64,000 nt of DNA, taken from positions 4,712,001 through 4,776,000 of the forward strand of contig OY986950.1 of the NCBI GenBank assembly GCA_963920595.1, read 5' to 3'. The translations under genes were made by a program, and so were the position numbers. Numbering within the stretch: the stretch's first letter is position 1; every line of letters begins with the position of its first letter. The notes beneath the pieces are model-generated. The model saw only the letters and a program-made list of their open reading frames with translations. It was not told the DNA's origin and did no database searches. Positions 37,182 through 49,799 of this stretch are shown here, piece after piece. This stretch comes from Eimeria praecox. Lineage: Eukaryota.

Positions 37182-40100
37182 TCAGTCCTCATCATATCCG
37201 TAAGCGCGATACTGCTGCTGCTGCAGGTGCATTGCGTTTTGCTGCAGTGCCGCCTCATATGATGCAATTTGGGGCTGTTCAGCTAGCCGCTGCATTGCCA
37301 GCTGCTGCAGCTGGACTGCCCTGTCTCGAAGCCAAGCGGAAGGAGAGCCTACGGGGTTGAAAAGGAGACAGTTGGAGACGATGAGGTTTATATCGTCTTT
37401 AAAAGCGGCCACTGAGGTGTATTGACGCTCCCGACACTTCGACAAGACTTTCCGCAGAAACATCGGATGCTGCACCACCACTGAATAGCCCGGTGCCACG
37501 CGGTCGTCCACCCGATTCACAAAAGGCTGCAACGCAAAAAAGTGAGAAGAGCAATATACACATGAAATACGGAGTTGCCCTGTGCGAAAAAAGTATGAGC
37601 AGGTCTGTAACTCTGTGAAAGAAGCCCCCCCAAAAAATCTGAGACGACAAGCGGGCATATGCACCGAAGTCTGGTGCATTCAACAAATACGTGCAAAACA
37701 TGCAGACCATAAATAAGTGACAAATGAAAAAAGAATAAGCAAAAGAATACATGAATGAACGAGCGACTAGTGGACAGGAGTGCAACGAACAAATGGGACC
37801 GACGGCAACGGGAGGAACACTGGAAAAGCGAAAAAAACCAGAATCAATGCATATGGGCAAGAAGCCCATCGACAAGCCGCCGCCAGAGACGGAGGAGAAA
37901 CTAACACCTAATACCAGAGAAAAACAGAGGATATATCAGACCATAGGGGTCTGCTGCAGCAGCACATGGGACAAATGGGAGAACCAGCAGACCCTAGACA
38001 TTTGCTGCCGTAGCAAACGTAACGAGAGAGGAAACTCCCCCCACCTTGAATGTTTGCTGCTGCAGCAGCAAATTGACAACGCGTGCGAAGGATACGTTCA
38101 AGGCGTCGATGGGCTGCTGCATATGGCCAGCGTCTCTGTCTGATACCGTGCTGTGTCCCCTGCCTCGCTTTCTGGGTCTGGCAGTCTTGCTGGAGCGGGA
38201 AAATGTGCTTCTTAGAGATTTCCCAACGCCTTCATCGTCGTCATCGTCGTCCTCTAGTTCCGACGAGACCTCATCGCTATCGTCTGGGGCTTCGTCTGCG
38301 CCCCACACGTCCGCTGCTGCTTCACCACCAGCAGCAGAAAAGCCATCCTCCCTCTCGTCTTCACTGCTGCCGCTGAGCAGCGCCGCAGCACCTCCGCGAC
38401 CCCTCCTCCGGCGCGTGCTGCTGCTGCAGAGTGACCCTGCCCCCTCCCCTTGCAAGCTCGTTTCTGCTGCCAAGCCCAACTCGACGTCGCTGCCGCCGGT
38501 CCGCCGCCTCTTCCGTTTTGCCGCCGCCTCCCCCACTGCGGAGCCCACGCGCTTCGGGCCCCGATAAAGAGGACAGTTCTTGCGTACACAAACCGCAAAT
38601 CCCAAATCCAAGACCGTAAACCCTAAACCCTGAAGCCTAATGCGGAAATAACTCACTAAATGGGGAACTAGGCCGAAACTACATGCAACACAACAACGCA
38701 AACACTACTCCAGCATTCACTACCCCAGCTCTAAGCCCTCAACCCTAAAGCCGTACAACATTTGAAGCGATGTGGCCGGGCCTTCCACAGGCACGGCAAA
38801 TTCGTTTGCCTGCCAGCGCTTCTTTTGAGTGTACGGCACTCATTTGGCGCTGCCACACAAACACAAGCCCCAAACCCTAGACCCAGAACCCTAAAATCCT
38901 TTGCGCTTAATCGCTAAACCCTAGACACCCATTATTAGAAGCAGCAGCGGAGCCTAGGGGTTGCCGATGTGTGCGTAGGCCGCGAAGCCGTAGCTGCCAT
39001 CTGTCGTCCATAGAGTTGCCCTTGGCTTTGCTCTAGTGCAACAATTTTCTGCATGCGTTACCTGTCTCTTCTTGGCCAATCGCTTGTCCCTCCACGCCAA
39101 AAATGCCTTAATGTTTTCAGCCCCGTATATCAAAATGCAGCGCTCAGCAGTAAAAGAGTCACCTACTTGCTGCCGCCGCTTCCGCGTCCACCGCAGACAT
39201 GGGACAGCCCGCACCTGACATACACAAACCGTAGACCATAGACCGTAGACCGCAAATCCTAAACCCAGCAGCCGCCTCCACAGCAAAAGCACGGTATATC
39301 CAAGCAAGCGTCCACCTTAAACAAAGTGCAAGGTAATCCTGCTCAAAGGCTTTCTATAATTCAGGGACAACTGAGGTTTAGGGTTTAAACTTTACAGTTG
39401 CTTCCGCCCTAAGCTGCTCCTCCTGGGTCAGGGGGCGCTGGCTGCGCGCCTCCTGGCGGTCTCTGAGGACCTGCAGTTCCCTCATCTCCAACTCGGTCTC
39501 ATCTGCCTGCTGCAGCGCACTCCCGCACCACCACGTGCATGCACGCATGCATGCAAACAGCCGCAAGCGTCCTTGCAATAGGTTTCGCTTACCACGGGAC
39601 GCACAATGGCAGCGTTACCAAAACAGGGAGCGCGGAGTGCTTAAAGCAATCGAAAGAGTGAATGGATAATCAGAGCAACAGATAGTAGAAGGAAGAGTTT
39701 GAGGCAAGCAGACACACTGTAAAACCCACAGGGGAAGAGGCAAAGGAGCGGGTCACAAAGGAGTGGGAACACAAACGAGGACCACATAAAACTGACAGAA
39801 CACGCTCGCAATCGAGCTCAACAAACCGGGAAAGTCCATCACACAAACAGACTAACATGCCCAAACACATGCAACAAATAAGTGCAGCAAAAAAACCCTA
39901 ATGAAACTGTGGGTATCAGGCCACCCGAGGAAAAATGAATACCTCGTGATCTGAATCATCGCATCCAGCGAAAAGGGCATCAGCGACGTCTTCTCCCGCT
40001 CCCCCTTGCTGCTGCTGTTGCGCAGCCGTTGCTGTAGCAGCAACAGCTCCCGCGGCCGCAGTTGCGTCTGCGCCAACTTGCTGCTGCTGCTGCGGCGTGG

Positions 40101-41560
40101 AAGGCGGCATGTCATCATCTGTGTCGGTGACGACGGGTTCATCAGCCCTCAAGGCAGCCTGTTGGCGCTTTAAAATACTGCAGAGTTTTGCTTCGTATTC
40201 CTCCGTAGGCAAGCGAACTCCTGCGCCTCTCCCTTTGCTGCTGCCGTCCTCAGCCCCAAATCCGTCACGATATTGCCTCACCAACGCAACCTGATCCCAC
40301 CTGTACAGCCCCAAAACACACAAGCATGCATGTGTGCATGCATGCAGGCATACGCGCAAGTTATCAGCATACTACAGTGCAGCTGGTAGGAGAAGTGATG
40401 ACGAACATGTTCTACGCGCACCAACAGTTACAGCAGCAATTACACCAACTGCTGCACGCGGCGTGGCTTTTTACCTGGGGAGTGTCCTGATAACTGCGTC
40501 GCTGAGTCCGTACTGGAGGAGCCTAGCTCGTAACTCCATCATTCCCAGCTTGCGGAGATCGTCGACCGTACCCGCTATGCCTCCCGCTGCGTGCCGCCTG
40601 AGGGGCTGCTGCACTACCAGCGGGTTGGTGCCGCTGCTGCGGCTTCTGCTGCCGCGCTTAAGCAACGCAATGCCTTCGCCTCGACCGCAAGATGGATCTG
40701 CGAAGCCCGTCAGGAGAAACTGCGCAGACCCTTTGTTTTGCAGCACTTCGCGGCATTCCTTGGTTGTCTGCCACGGAACTAAGAGCAACAGTTCCTCAAT
40801 AAAGCGAATGAGAGGAGAATGCCGGCGTCCCGCGCGGCTGTTGCTCAGAGTCAGTAGCAACTGCTGCAGCTGCTGCTGCTCCGCTGCAGCAGCGGCGGCC
40901 GCCCCATCGCTAGGGAGGCCCAAGGCCTCGCGTCGCTGCTGCTGCTGCTGTTGCAACTGCCGCAGTCGCCTGCGTGCAGCAGCAGCAGCTTGCTGCTGCT
41001 GCCGCTCCTCCGCCTCGACAAAGGCACACGCATTGCTGAGGCCCTCAGGGCTCGTCAGTGTACTGATGCCCACAGCGCGCAGGCGCAACCAGGCTGCTTG
41101 GGACGTCTCCAGGCCGCAAACGGTCTCTGGGGATATGATAGATATGAGAGAAGCCTCCGGCAACAGCGGCAGGCGATGGGGAGCAATCGGAGACAGCTGC
41201 TTCAGCAGCTGTGCGACCTCCTTTTCAACAACCGGAGGGCAGAAACGCGCTTTGATGTTTTCCTTTACACGCTTCATTTCCGTCACCCCAGTTTCTCGCA
41301 CGAACCTGTACATATACAAACGCACATAAGCGCATCCAGCATGCATGCAGAGCATTATATGCATGCGCATACATATTTGCACATCGGAATAGGTATTTAC
41401 ATATGCATGTTGAAAATATATATGGTATATATATATATATACATATATACATGTATGCATGCATACATATATACATATACACATATGCACACATACATAC
41501 ATATATGCGTATATTCATATATACATATGTGCATATATATATGTTCATATCCATGGGAAT

Positions 41561-41605
<45 letters not shown>

Positions 41606-44600
41606 TATATGTATATATGAATGTACGCATATATGTATATGTGTGTATATGTGTATATGTATATATGCATGTATGCATATGTGTATATATGGATATACGT
41701 ATATGCGTATATAGGTATACATATACAGGTATATACGCAGATGTAGGTGCACATGTTAAGGGGGTGGTAATGAGCGGTAGAACTCTGAATTCCTTCAGCA
41801 TCGAGACACAGTGCGATAAAGCGGTGAACATAAAATGGGAGATAACAAGGGACGGGCAAAGACTGTAAGTGTAGTTAGAACGATGCAGGGCAAAAAGCAA
41901 GCATTGAGATAGGCAGTTAAACGAGGAGTGGCGATTAGGGGCAGTAAGAAGCACAGAGATAAAGGGAAGCAGAGAGAGAGACCAGAGCAGACAGGGAGAG
42001 ATAATCGCAGACACCGAAACAAGTGGAGCCCAGAAGTGAGTGAGACGGGGACAGCCACCGGAAAACAAGCACCGAACGAAGAGGTAAAAAGCGACAAAAC
42101 ACAGAGATGAGGCAGATAGGCCTCCGACAGACGGAGAGTGGCAGAAAGGGACAGGGTGAAGGTGAGGATATAGACTGAGCGTCTTTGCACCTCAGCGCCC
42201 AGGCCTTCGACTGGAGTTTGCGGTCGTCCAGCAGCTTCTTTGACTGCGGCGCAGGCACCTCGACCTTAGGCTGCAGCTGGCCCACGGTGTATATACAGCA
42301 GTTCTCAGCACTCCCCAACACTGTCGCTCGGCTGCTGCTGCTGCTGTAGCTGCTGAAGCAAGTTGGGTACGCAGAGACCGCTTGCGGAGAAAATACCATA
42401 GGCCTCAGGAAGTGCTGCAGAAGCAACCACAGCAGCAGAGCCAGCAGCAAAGATATTCTGCAGCTGCACCCGTTGTCAGACTCCAGCAGGCATGGTAGAG
42501 GTACCATGGGGGGCCTAGGGACATGTATGTACACCGCACGGACAATGCCAGTTGATGGTATCAAACTGTCTGGGCAGCTCGAGGAGAATTGCCTTCTGAG
42601 CTGTAATCGCATAAGATTGTGCTAAGGTGTATGATCAGTGAGCGTTGAGGCATGCATTCAGCATTTGTTGAGGTGCCTTTTCATCTCATTGCGATCACAA
42701 GCGCCTGCAGGAGTGTATGCACAGCGTTTTCTTGGGTGTTCAGGCAGCTTGTGCTGCGGTGAAAGCGGGGCGTCTCTTGCGGGATATGGACAGCCTCCGT
42801 TAATTAAGGTGTGCGTGCAGCTGACTAACTTTCCACCCGTCTTTGGTTTTTCTGCGTATAAGAAGGAAATCGCCTCTCCGTGGGTCGTTGAAGCGGCCCT
42901 CCGCTCCTAGAGGCGACATCGGGTTTTGAGGATGGGGAAACAGCAAAGCCGTGAACAGAGGACAATCCACCACCGCCTGCCCCTCCCCTGAACAGCAGCA
43001 GCAGCACCACCACCACCAGTGATTGCATTTCAGCAGAAAGACGGCATAAGACACAGCACAACCAGAGACAGCACAAACTGCCGGCCCCCCCTTCCCCCCC
43101 CGCCCCCCCCCCCCGCACTCAAAGTGCCGGACAAATGCAGCAGCAGCAGCGGCAGCACAGGAGCCATGCCTGGTTCGAGAGGAATGTCTGCTCCGAAGAT
43201 AGTTGGCGCCTTTTCATTTTGCTCCACCAAGCGCAACCCCCCAAAAGTGCCCAAAGAACCCTTCGGAAGAAACAACAAAACCCACAGCAGCAGCAGCACC
43301 ATCAGCAATGCATCAAGGGACGCAACAGCAGAAGCCACAATCAGATGCTGCGCCACTGGCGCTTGTACCTGGAGTCTTTCTTCCTCCCTGCGTATTGCGT
43401 CCTGCTTGCTGCTACTGCTGCTGCTGATGTCTGGGGCCTGCAGCGGCCGGACATATCGGCGAATTCGAATGGCCATGCCCGCATTATTGATGATGAAGGG
43501 CTGCTGCTCCGTGTGCTCGAAGACGACAAAAGGGCAGTCGTCGCTCAGCGTCAAGTCGCTGGCGTCATGAAAACAAACACTTGGGTGTTGCGCAGACGAA
43601 GAATCTTCAAAACCTGCAGATTCCCCAAAAGCCGCCGACTCCGCGCTGCGCCGCAACACCTCGCTGCTGAAAGGTGGCCTGCACAAATAACAGACAGAAT
43701 CCAAGAAAATATCTAGATACCACAGACGGAAAAAAATATAAAACCACAAATCGAAAAGCAACAAATTTAAAAACAACGAACTGAAATGCAACAAAAGCTG
43801 TGCATGAAAGGAAAAACACAAGTTGAAAACGGCGCATCGAAGAACACTAACTGGGAACAATATCATGGCAAACAGACCGGAAACAGCAGTGAGGCCAAAC
43901 CGAACACAAGTCGAAAAACAGCACGTCGAGGGCAAATCAAGGAGGGAAGCAACGCATCAAAAAACAACAAATCGAGAAACAACATACTGAAAGACAGGAA
44001 GTTGGAAAACAACTAAAAATTAGCAAGAGGAAGACAACAAGTAGGAAAACTAGAATGAGTTGGCAAAAATAGACGAAAGCTCCAGAGGCCAAGCAAATGA
44101 ACGTTAGGACAGAGTGCCGAGAGAATAAAGGAGGAAGCAAATGAGAGGAAAGACGAGAAAAGAAGACAGAGAAAAATACAAAAGGTAGAAAAGCCCGAAG
44201 CCAGATCCGAAGAAACGGAGTTAAACAAGAAAGAGTTCAACGCAAACAGCCACACAAGCACAAAAAAAGGTGGAGATAAAGCCGAAGCGAGAATCGCAAA
44301 CCCAAAAGCATACACGGAGAAAGAAGCAAAGATTGAGGGCACCGAGCAAAGCTAGACACCAAGGGGAGGGCACAGCAGTAGACTGCTGCCGGAAAACTCA
44401 CAGGACAACCCAAGGTTTGTCTGCACTACTAGCAGAGGACCGTTTCTTTGAACAATTCGCAAAAGACATCCGCAGATCTGGGCGGTGGAATCGAAACATC
44501 GCGACCCGTGCACGACGCCCAGCCACGGGAGATGCGCCATACAACTGCAGCGCCGTCTTCGCGTGCAGTAAAGGAGCCCCCCCTGCAGCAGCACCAACAA

Positions 44601-47600
44601 CAAAAAGCGCAACAGCAACAGGAGCACTAACAGCAGCGGAAAGAGCAACCCTACAGCCTAGGCAAATTCGGCAGCCACAGGAGCATAGGCTCCTGCACAG
44701 CAATAACAGCAGCAGCAGGTGAAAAGGCTGGCTGCGGCTCTTCTCCCGGGGGCAACGGCTAAAGGAGCAGTAGCAAGAGCAACAGCAAGGACACCAGCAA
44801 CGAACACAGCAGCAACAACAGAGCCTTGCCTCTGGCAGTTTGTGTAAATTCGCGCTGATGAATTTGCCTCTTCGCGTAGTCTCCATCAAAAGAGACATTC
44901 AGCTGCCGCAGTAATTCTGCCTGAGCCCCTCCACCAAACTCTGCTGCAGTCAGCAAAAATTCCTGCAGCGGATTCCGCATGTGAAATTCGCGCCGGAGAT
45001 CCTGCAGCAGAAACACCCGAGAAAGACAAAATAAGGGCGCACTGCTTGTTGCAATTGTTTGCGAGCATGTCGTGCAAGAACATCCCCCCCCCTCCCCCGA
45101 AACACCAAACGTACGACTCAAACATTAGGCAAGAGCATAACCCCCACCCCCCCCCCACCCCCGCCCAGACACGACGTACACGATGAACGCGAGCTCCACA
45201 TGCACAGAAAAGACCAGAGACGAACATAAACGTGCCACAAGAAGTGCACGAAAAAAAGCCAAATGCACTAAAAGTAAATCCAGAACAAGAGAAACAAAAT
45301 GCATTCGAGCAGCAAGAATGCATGCTGGCGTAGACGCACAAACGATTACTAAAATATTTGCAGAGCAGTAGTTTAAATCAACGAAAACAAAATGGATTTA
45401 AACAGAAAGGCATACACCCACAGGAGAGTCACACAACGCATGCATCGGTGAAACAGCTGGAAGGAATGCAGAAAGACGTTGTAAAGGAACGCCTGTATCG
45501 ACACCACACGGTGGTGCACAGAGGCAGCAGTAGCAACGCCATCAGCAATGCAATATATGCAGCACGACGACACGCAGCAAATTGCTGCTGCAACAAAAGG
45601 GCAGTAGAACTGGGAGCAGCAACACCCAAATCAGAGCAGCAGCAGAGCCACCCGGCAGAGCAGTGCTTGCAGCAGCAGTAGCAACGGGTCCTACTTCTGC
45701 TGCAGCTAGTGCCCTGAGTTCATACGCGCTTTTCCCCTGTTTGACCAATTCAATTCTCCTTTGTTTGTCGATCTTGAGCACTTCCTGTTTGGCCCTCCTC
45801 CGCATCTTCTGTAGCTGTGCCCTACTGGGGCCAGATGCTGCTTCCGTTGCTGCTGTTGCTGCAGTTCCCACTGTATCGCTCCCCACACCCCCCGAGCTGC
45901 CGCCCCCAGCTTTCAACCCGCTGCCCCCGCCTACTGCGCCCAGCCCTAAGGGAGTTCCCGCCAAGTCCTCCCCATCCTCAGCGCCCAACTGCAGCAACAA
46001 CAGCAGCAGCAACACACGCAGAAGCGCCCGGTTTAACTGGCAGGAGACAGGGAGAATTCGCTGTGGAAATCCAGCGCTTTTGTACCCGTGCCTAAACCCT
46101 AAACCCTGAACCCTAGACCCTGCAGGCGCACCTCCATGCTCGCAGCCATTGCAGCAGAGCTGTCATTGAGGTCGAGGAAAAAGCAGCGCAGCAGCTGCTG
46201 CCGCCGCTGCACTAGCCGTTGCTGTTGCCGCTTTGCTGCCCATATATTGCCCCACTCAAAGACCAAGCCTGGGCGGCTGTTCCGGTCGCCGCTGCTGCTG
46301 CCACTGCTGCCATCGTTTGCCTCACCCTGAAGGGCAAAAGGCCGTCTGCGCCAGTCGGTCCCGCCTTGTAGCGGCAGCAGCCGCTGCTGCTGTAGTTGCT
46401 GCGGCATCTGCAGCAGCTGGTGCTGCTGCGGCTGCTGCACAGCAGCTGTATTGGGAGTGAAGGCTGCTGCAGTGGGGCTCAGAAGACAGACAGGAGGCGT
46501 CGCCAGCAGCAGCAGCAGAAATCGGAGTCCTTGCTGCTGGTGCAGCAGCACTTGCATCTCCCTGGACATCAGAGTCAGCTGCTGCTGCATGATCGGTCTG
46601 TTCCTGCAGCAAAACGCACATAAAAGACAGTGCAATTACCCTACACCCTGAGGACCGAATCTGAGACAGAGCTGAGGTTCAGGGTTAAGGGTATGCAGGG
46701 CTCACTGTACAGCGGGGATGGCGCTCCTCTCCAACTCCGCCAGCAGATCTCTGCGCGTTGCCGCTTCCTCTTCCGCTGCAGCAGCAGCTGCTGCAGCAGC
46801 AGCTGCCGCTGCCCTTTCGCGCTGCCGCTCTGGGCCGCGCGATCCCTCTTGGTGCTCTGCCTCTTCATCTGCCGCTGCTTCGTCAGCTGCTGTGGCTGCT
46901 GCAGCTGCTGCATCGTTTTCCTTCCACGCCAAAGCAGCAAAGCCCTGGGCCAGCACGAAACTGGTGCTGCCCGGCAGCTCGCCCCACAACATGCTTCGGA
47001 CAAATGCATTTTCTGCTGTTGCTGCTGCAGCTGCTGCTGCTTCTGCCTCCGCTGCTGCTGCCCCAGATGACACTCGAGGCACCCCTGCAGCACCCGACAC
47101 CCCTGCTGCTGCTGTTGCTCCTCCCTCTCCAGCAACACCTAGCGCGCGTGTCCGCATTCCGTGGAGTTGCTGCTGTTGCTGTTCCTGTGGATGGCGCTCA
47201 GCAGCAGCTGCTGCCGCAGCAGCAGCATGGGGGTCATCTACATCGGCATCGTCGAATTCAAACTCTTGATCCAAATCTCCCGCTGCTTGCTGCACCGAAG
47301 GCTGCCGGTGCTGTTGCTGCTGCTGAGCCGCAGAACGGCGCCCAGCATGGCTGTAACCTTCGCGTTGCAGAAACTGGGCCTCCGACGTAGCAGCAGGTGT
47401 TCTGGGCGTCGCTGCTGCTGTTGCTGCTGTTGCTGTAGAAGCGGCAGGGGTTTCGTGGCTCTCAGGTGGTGCAAAAAACGCATAGTCCTCACCATCATTT
47501 GCTGCTGTTGTTGCTTGTGCTGTTGTTGCTTGCGATGCTGTTGCGGCAGCTTCTTCAGCAGCATCCGCCGCAACACTTTCTAAAGCGTCTTCTAAAGCGT

Positions 47601-49543
47601 TATCCAGCTCCCATTCTTCATCCGCATCGGCTTCTGGATTTAGTTCTGGTGTGGTCGCTGCTACTGCTGCTGTTGTTGTCGCTGCTGCTGCTGCTGCTGC
47701 AGCTGATTCTGTGGCGGTTATCGTACCAGCTGCCGCTCCACAGTCACGCAGGATCTCTAACTTCTCACTGGGCTGAGCAGCTGTTGCCGATTTGCTTTGG
47801 TTCCCCTCCTCCTCCTTGTGAGCATCAGCAGCAACTGCGGCTGCTGCAGCTCCGATACTTCCGGCAACCCCATCGGTTGTGCCGTCTCCGGCAGCTGCAG
47901 CAACAGCAGCTGCTGTCGTTCTTGCTGGCATTTCTGCTGCTGGTTCATTGTCTTGCGCATCGCTGTCAGTCTCTTCAACCCCCACAGGACAGTTGTCCAA
48001 GTAGCAAAAGCTGCAAGAGCAGCTGATGCTGCCGCAACCTCTGCCCCTCCTCGTTCCCCCTGGCAGAAAGCAGCAGCAAAAACGCAATCCTAGAGCACCT
48101 AACGTAAAATCCTGCTGCTGCTGCTGCCAGGGGCTGTGGGTAAAGATGTCATCGGGGTTTATGAGCATTGCCGCACAGAGCCAACTGCTGCTGCTGCTGC
48201 TACTGTTGCTGCTGCCCGGATGCTGCTGCGCTTGGATGTGCTGCTGCTGCCGCAGAAGCAGCTCAGCCTCCACAGCAGACGCCTGCTGCTGTAGCGCTCG
48301 CAGGCTGGTTGCAAGCTGCAGGAGCAGCAGCGGCACCTGCCGCTGCAGATGGTGCGGCAGCAGCAACAGCAGGTTCATGGTTTCCTCCACTTCTGGGGGT
48401 AATTGCTTCAGTTGCTGTTGCTGCTGTTGCGACCCCATCAACTGCCCCAAAAGCATGTTGTTGGTGTTGCTGCTCGGTTGCTGTGACAGAAGCCAACTGC
48501 GCTCAGATATCCACAGAACATCGCTATTGCTGCTGCTGCTGAATAGGGAGGCTTCTGGAGGGAAGCTCGTGTTGCTCTGCAGCAGATGAATCGGCAGGTG
48601 CTGCTGCTGCAGCCACTGCCTCCGCGGCGCTGGTGCTGCTGCTACTGTTGCTGCTGTGTTGCCAGGCACAGAAAGGCAACTGACGGTGGGCAGCAGCAGA
48701 GGCAACACGGAGCCGACAACGGACAAACAATCTGCAGCAGCACACAGAACAAAAAACCCTGAACCGTAAAGCTTCCAAACCCCAAACCCTGAGCCCTAAA
48801 CCCTAGAACTACCAGGACCCAAACGCTAAACCCTAAAGACTACAGACTAAAGAAGAACAGGCCAATCGTGGGAATCGGATAAGGAGATCCACTGCTGCTT
48901 AGGGTTTAGGGTTTAAGTTTTAGGGTTTGAAACCTGGGGGAAGCTGGAGGGAAAGCTGGGCATCAAGGGGATATGACAAGAAGAAGAACTCCGCGTGCAT
49001 GTTCTCGAGCCAGGTGTTGCAGCCTCCCTTCAGCAGCATCTGCTGCTGCCGCCGTTTGCGGGCTGCTGCTGCTGTTGCTGCTCGGAGTCTACTCCTGCTA
49101 CTGCCGCTGCTGCTGGTGCTGCTCTCGCCAGCAGCTGCTGCTGCAGATGTTCCCGCTGCACTTGTAGTCCCATCTGCTGAGCCCGCTGCTTCTGCTTCTC
49201 CTGCTGTCACCTTGTCCTTCCTGCTGCTTCTACTGTTCCATACGGATGCCTGATTGAAACTCTGAGTCCTAAAGACATACGGAGACGGCTCCGTCTTGGC
49301 AAAGGGAGGCCGATGTGCTGCTGCTGCTGCTGCTGCAGCAGCAGCGGCTGCTGTTGCTGCTGCTGGACACTCCTCCGGGTAGAGATAATCCAACAACTGG
49401 CGCGTGCTATTGACGTTGAATCCATTGCTACTGCTGTTGCTGCTACTGCTGCTGCTACCGCTGCTGCTGCTACTGCTGCCCTGGTCCGGCGGAGAGGCCC
49501 TTGAGGCGCCCGCGCCTCGAGTCCGGCGGAGCTCCGCCAGCAT
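37182..49543 (-). CDS. TAF1: TFIID subunit 1 (TAF1/TAFII250) with DUF3591 core, zinc knuckle and one C-terminal bromodomain
   Basis: Multi-exon gene with ordered TAF1 motifs: FFLDLND (~46170), [37 protein letters not shown] (~43560-43450), [63 protein letters not shown]...[11 protein letters not shown], zinc knuckle [19 protein letters not shown] (split by an intron at ~38755-38581), and bromodomain [24 protein letters not shown]...[10 protein letters not shown] (37527-37182). The start codon is uncertain. Confidence 0.92.
41335..41755. repeat. Intronic alternating purine/pyrimidine tract (AT/AC/GT/ATGC mosaic with a pure (AT)n core at 41563-41602)
   Basis: Directly visible; lies inside the TAF1 intron at ~42190-41307. 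Confidence 0.93.
48757..48930. repeat. Interstitial telomere-like heptamers, AAACCCT block followed by a TTTAGGG block
   Basis: Degenerate aaaccct copies at 48757-48836 and ttagggtttagggtttaagttttagggttt at 48899-48928, inside predicted TAF1 intron 48732-48933. Confidence 0.9.
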
Positions 49544-49799
49544 TGGCCTCTTTGCTGCCTCTTCCGGTGTTAGCTGTAAAGATGCTCATGCTGCTGCGTT
49601 GCTGCTGCTGCTGTTGCTGCTGTTGCGGCTGCGGAGTTAGCTGCCGCGACTTCCGAGGCGGGAGCTGCTGCAGCCGCTGTTGCTGCGCTTGCTGTTGTTG
49701 TTGTTGTTCTTGCTCTTGTTGTTATTGCAACTCGAGTAAAGACTAAATGGGGCTGCCTCAGTGGAGTTTATAAGGCAAGGGAAAGAAACAAAAATGATT

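Noticed and set aside
39535..39555. TGCATGCA clusters (also ~30830, ~40325 and ~54518)
   Set aside because: A well-known abundant apicomplexan non-coding motif; nothing locus-specific.
41225..42068. Several His/Tyr/Ile/Met-rich ORFs
   Set aside because: Intronic purine/pyrimidine repeat tract of TAF1.
46641..48589. Many long antisense or alternative-frame poly-Cys/Leu/Ala/Ser ORFs (also 10762-12451 and 52980-55783)
   Set aside because: CAG/CTG repeats have no stops in any frame, so shadow ORFs are expected and give no evidence of overlapping genes.
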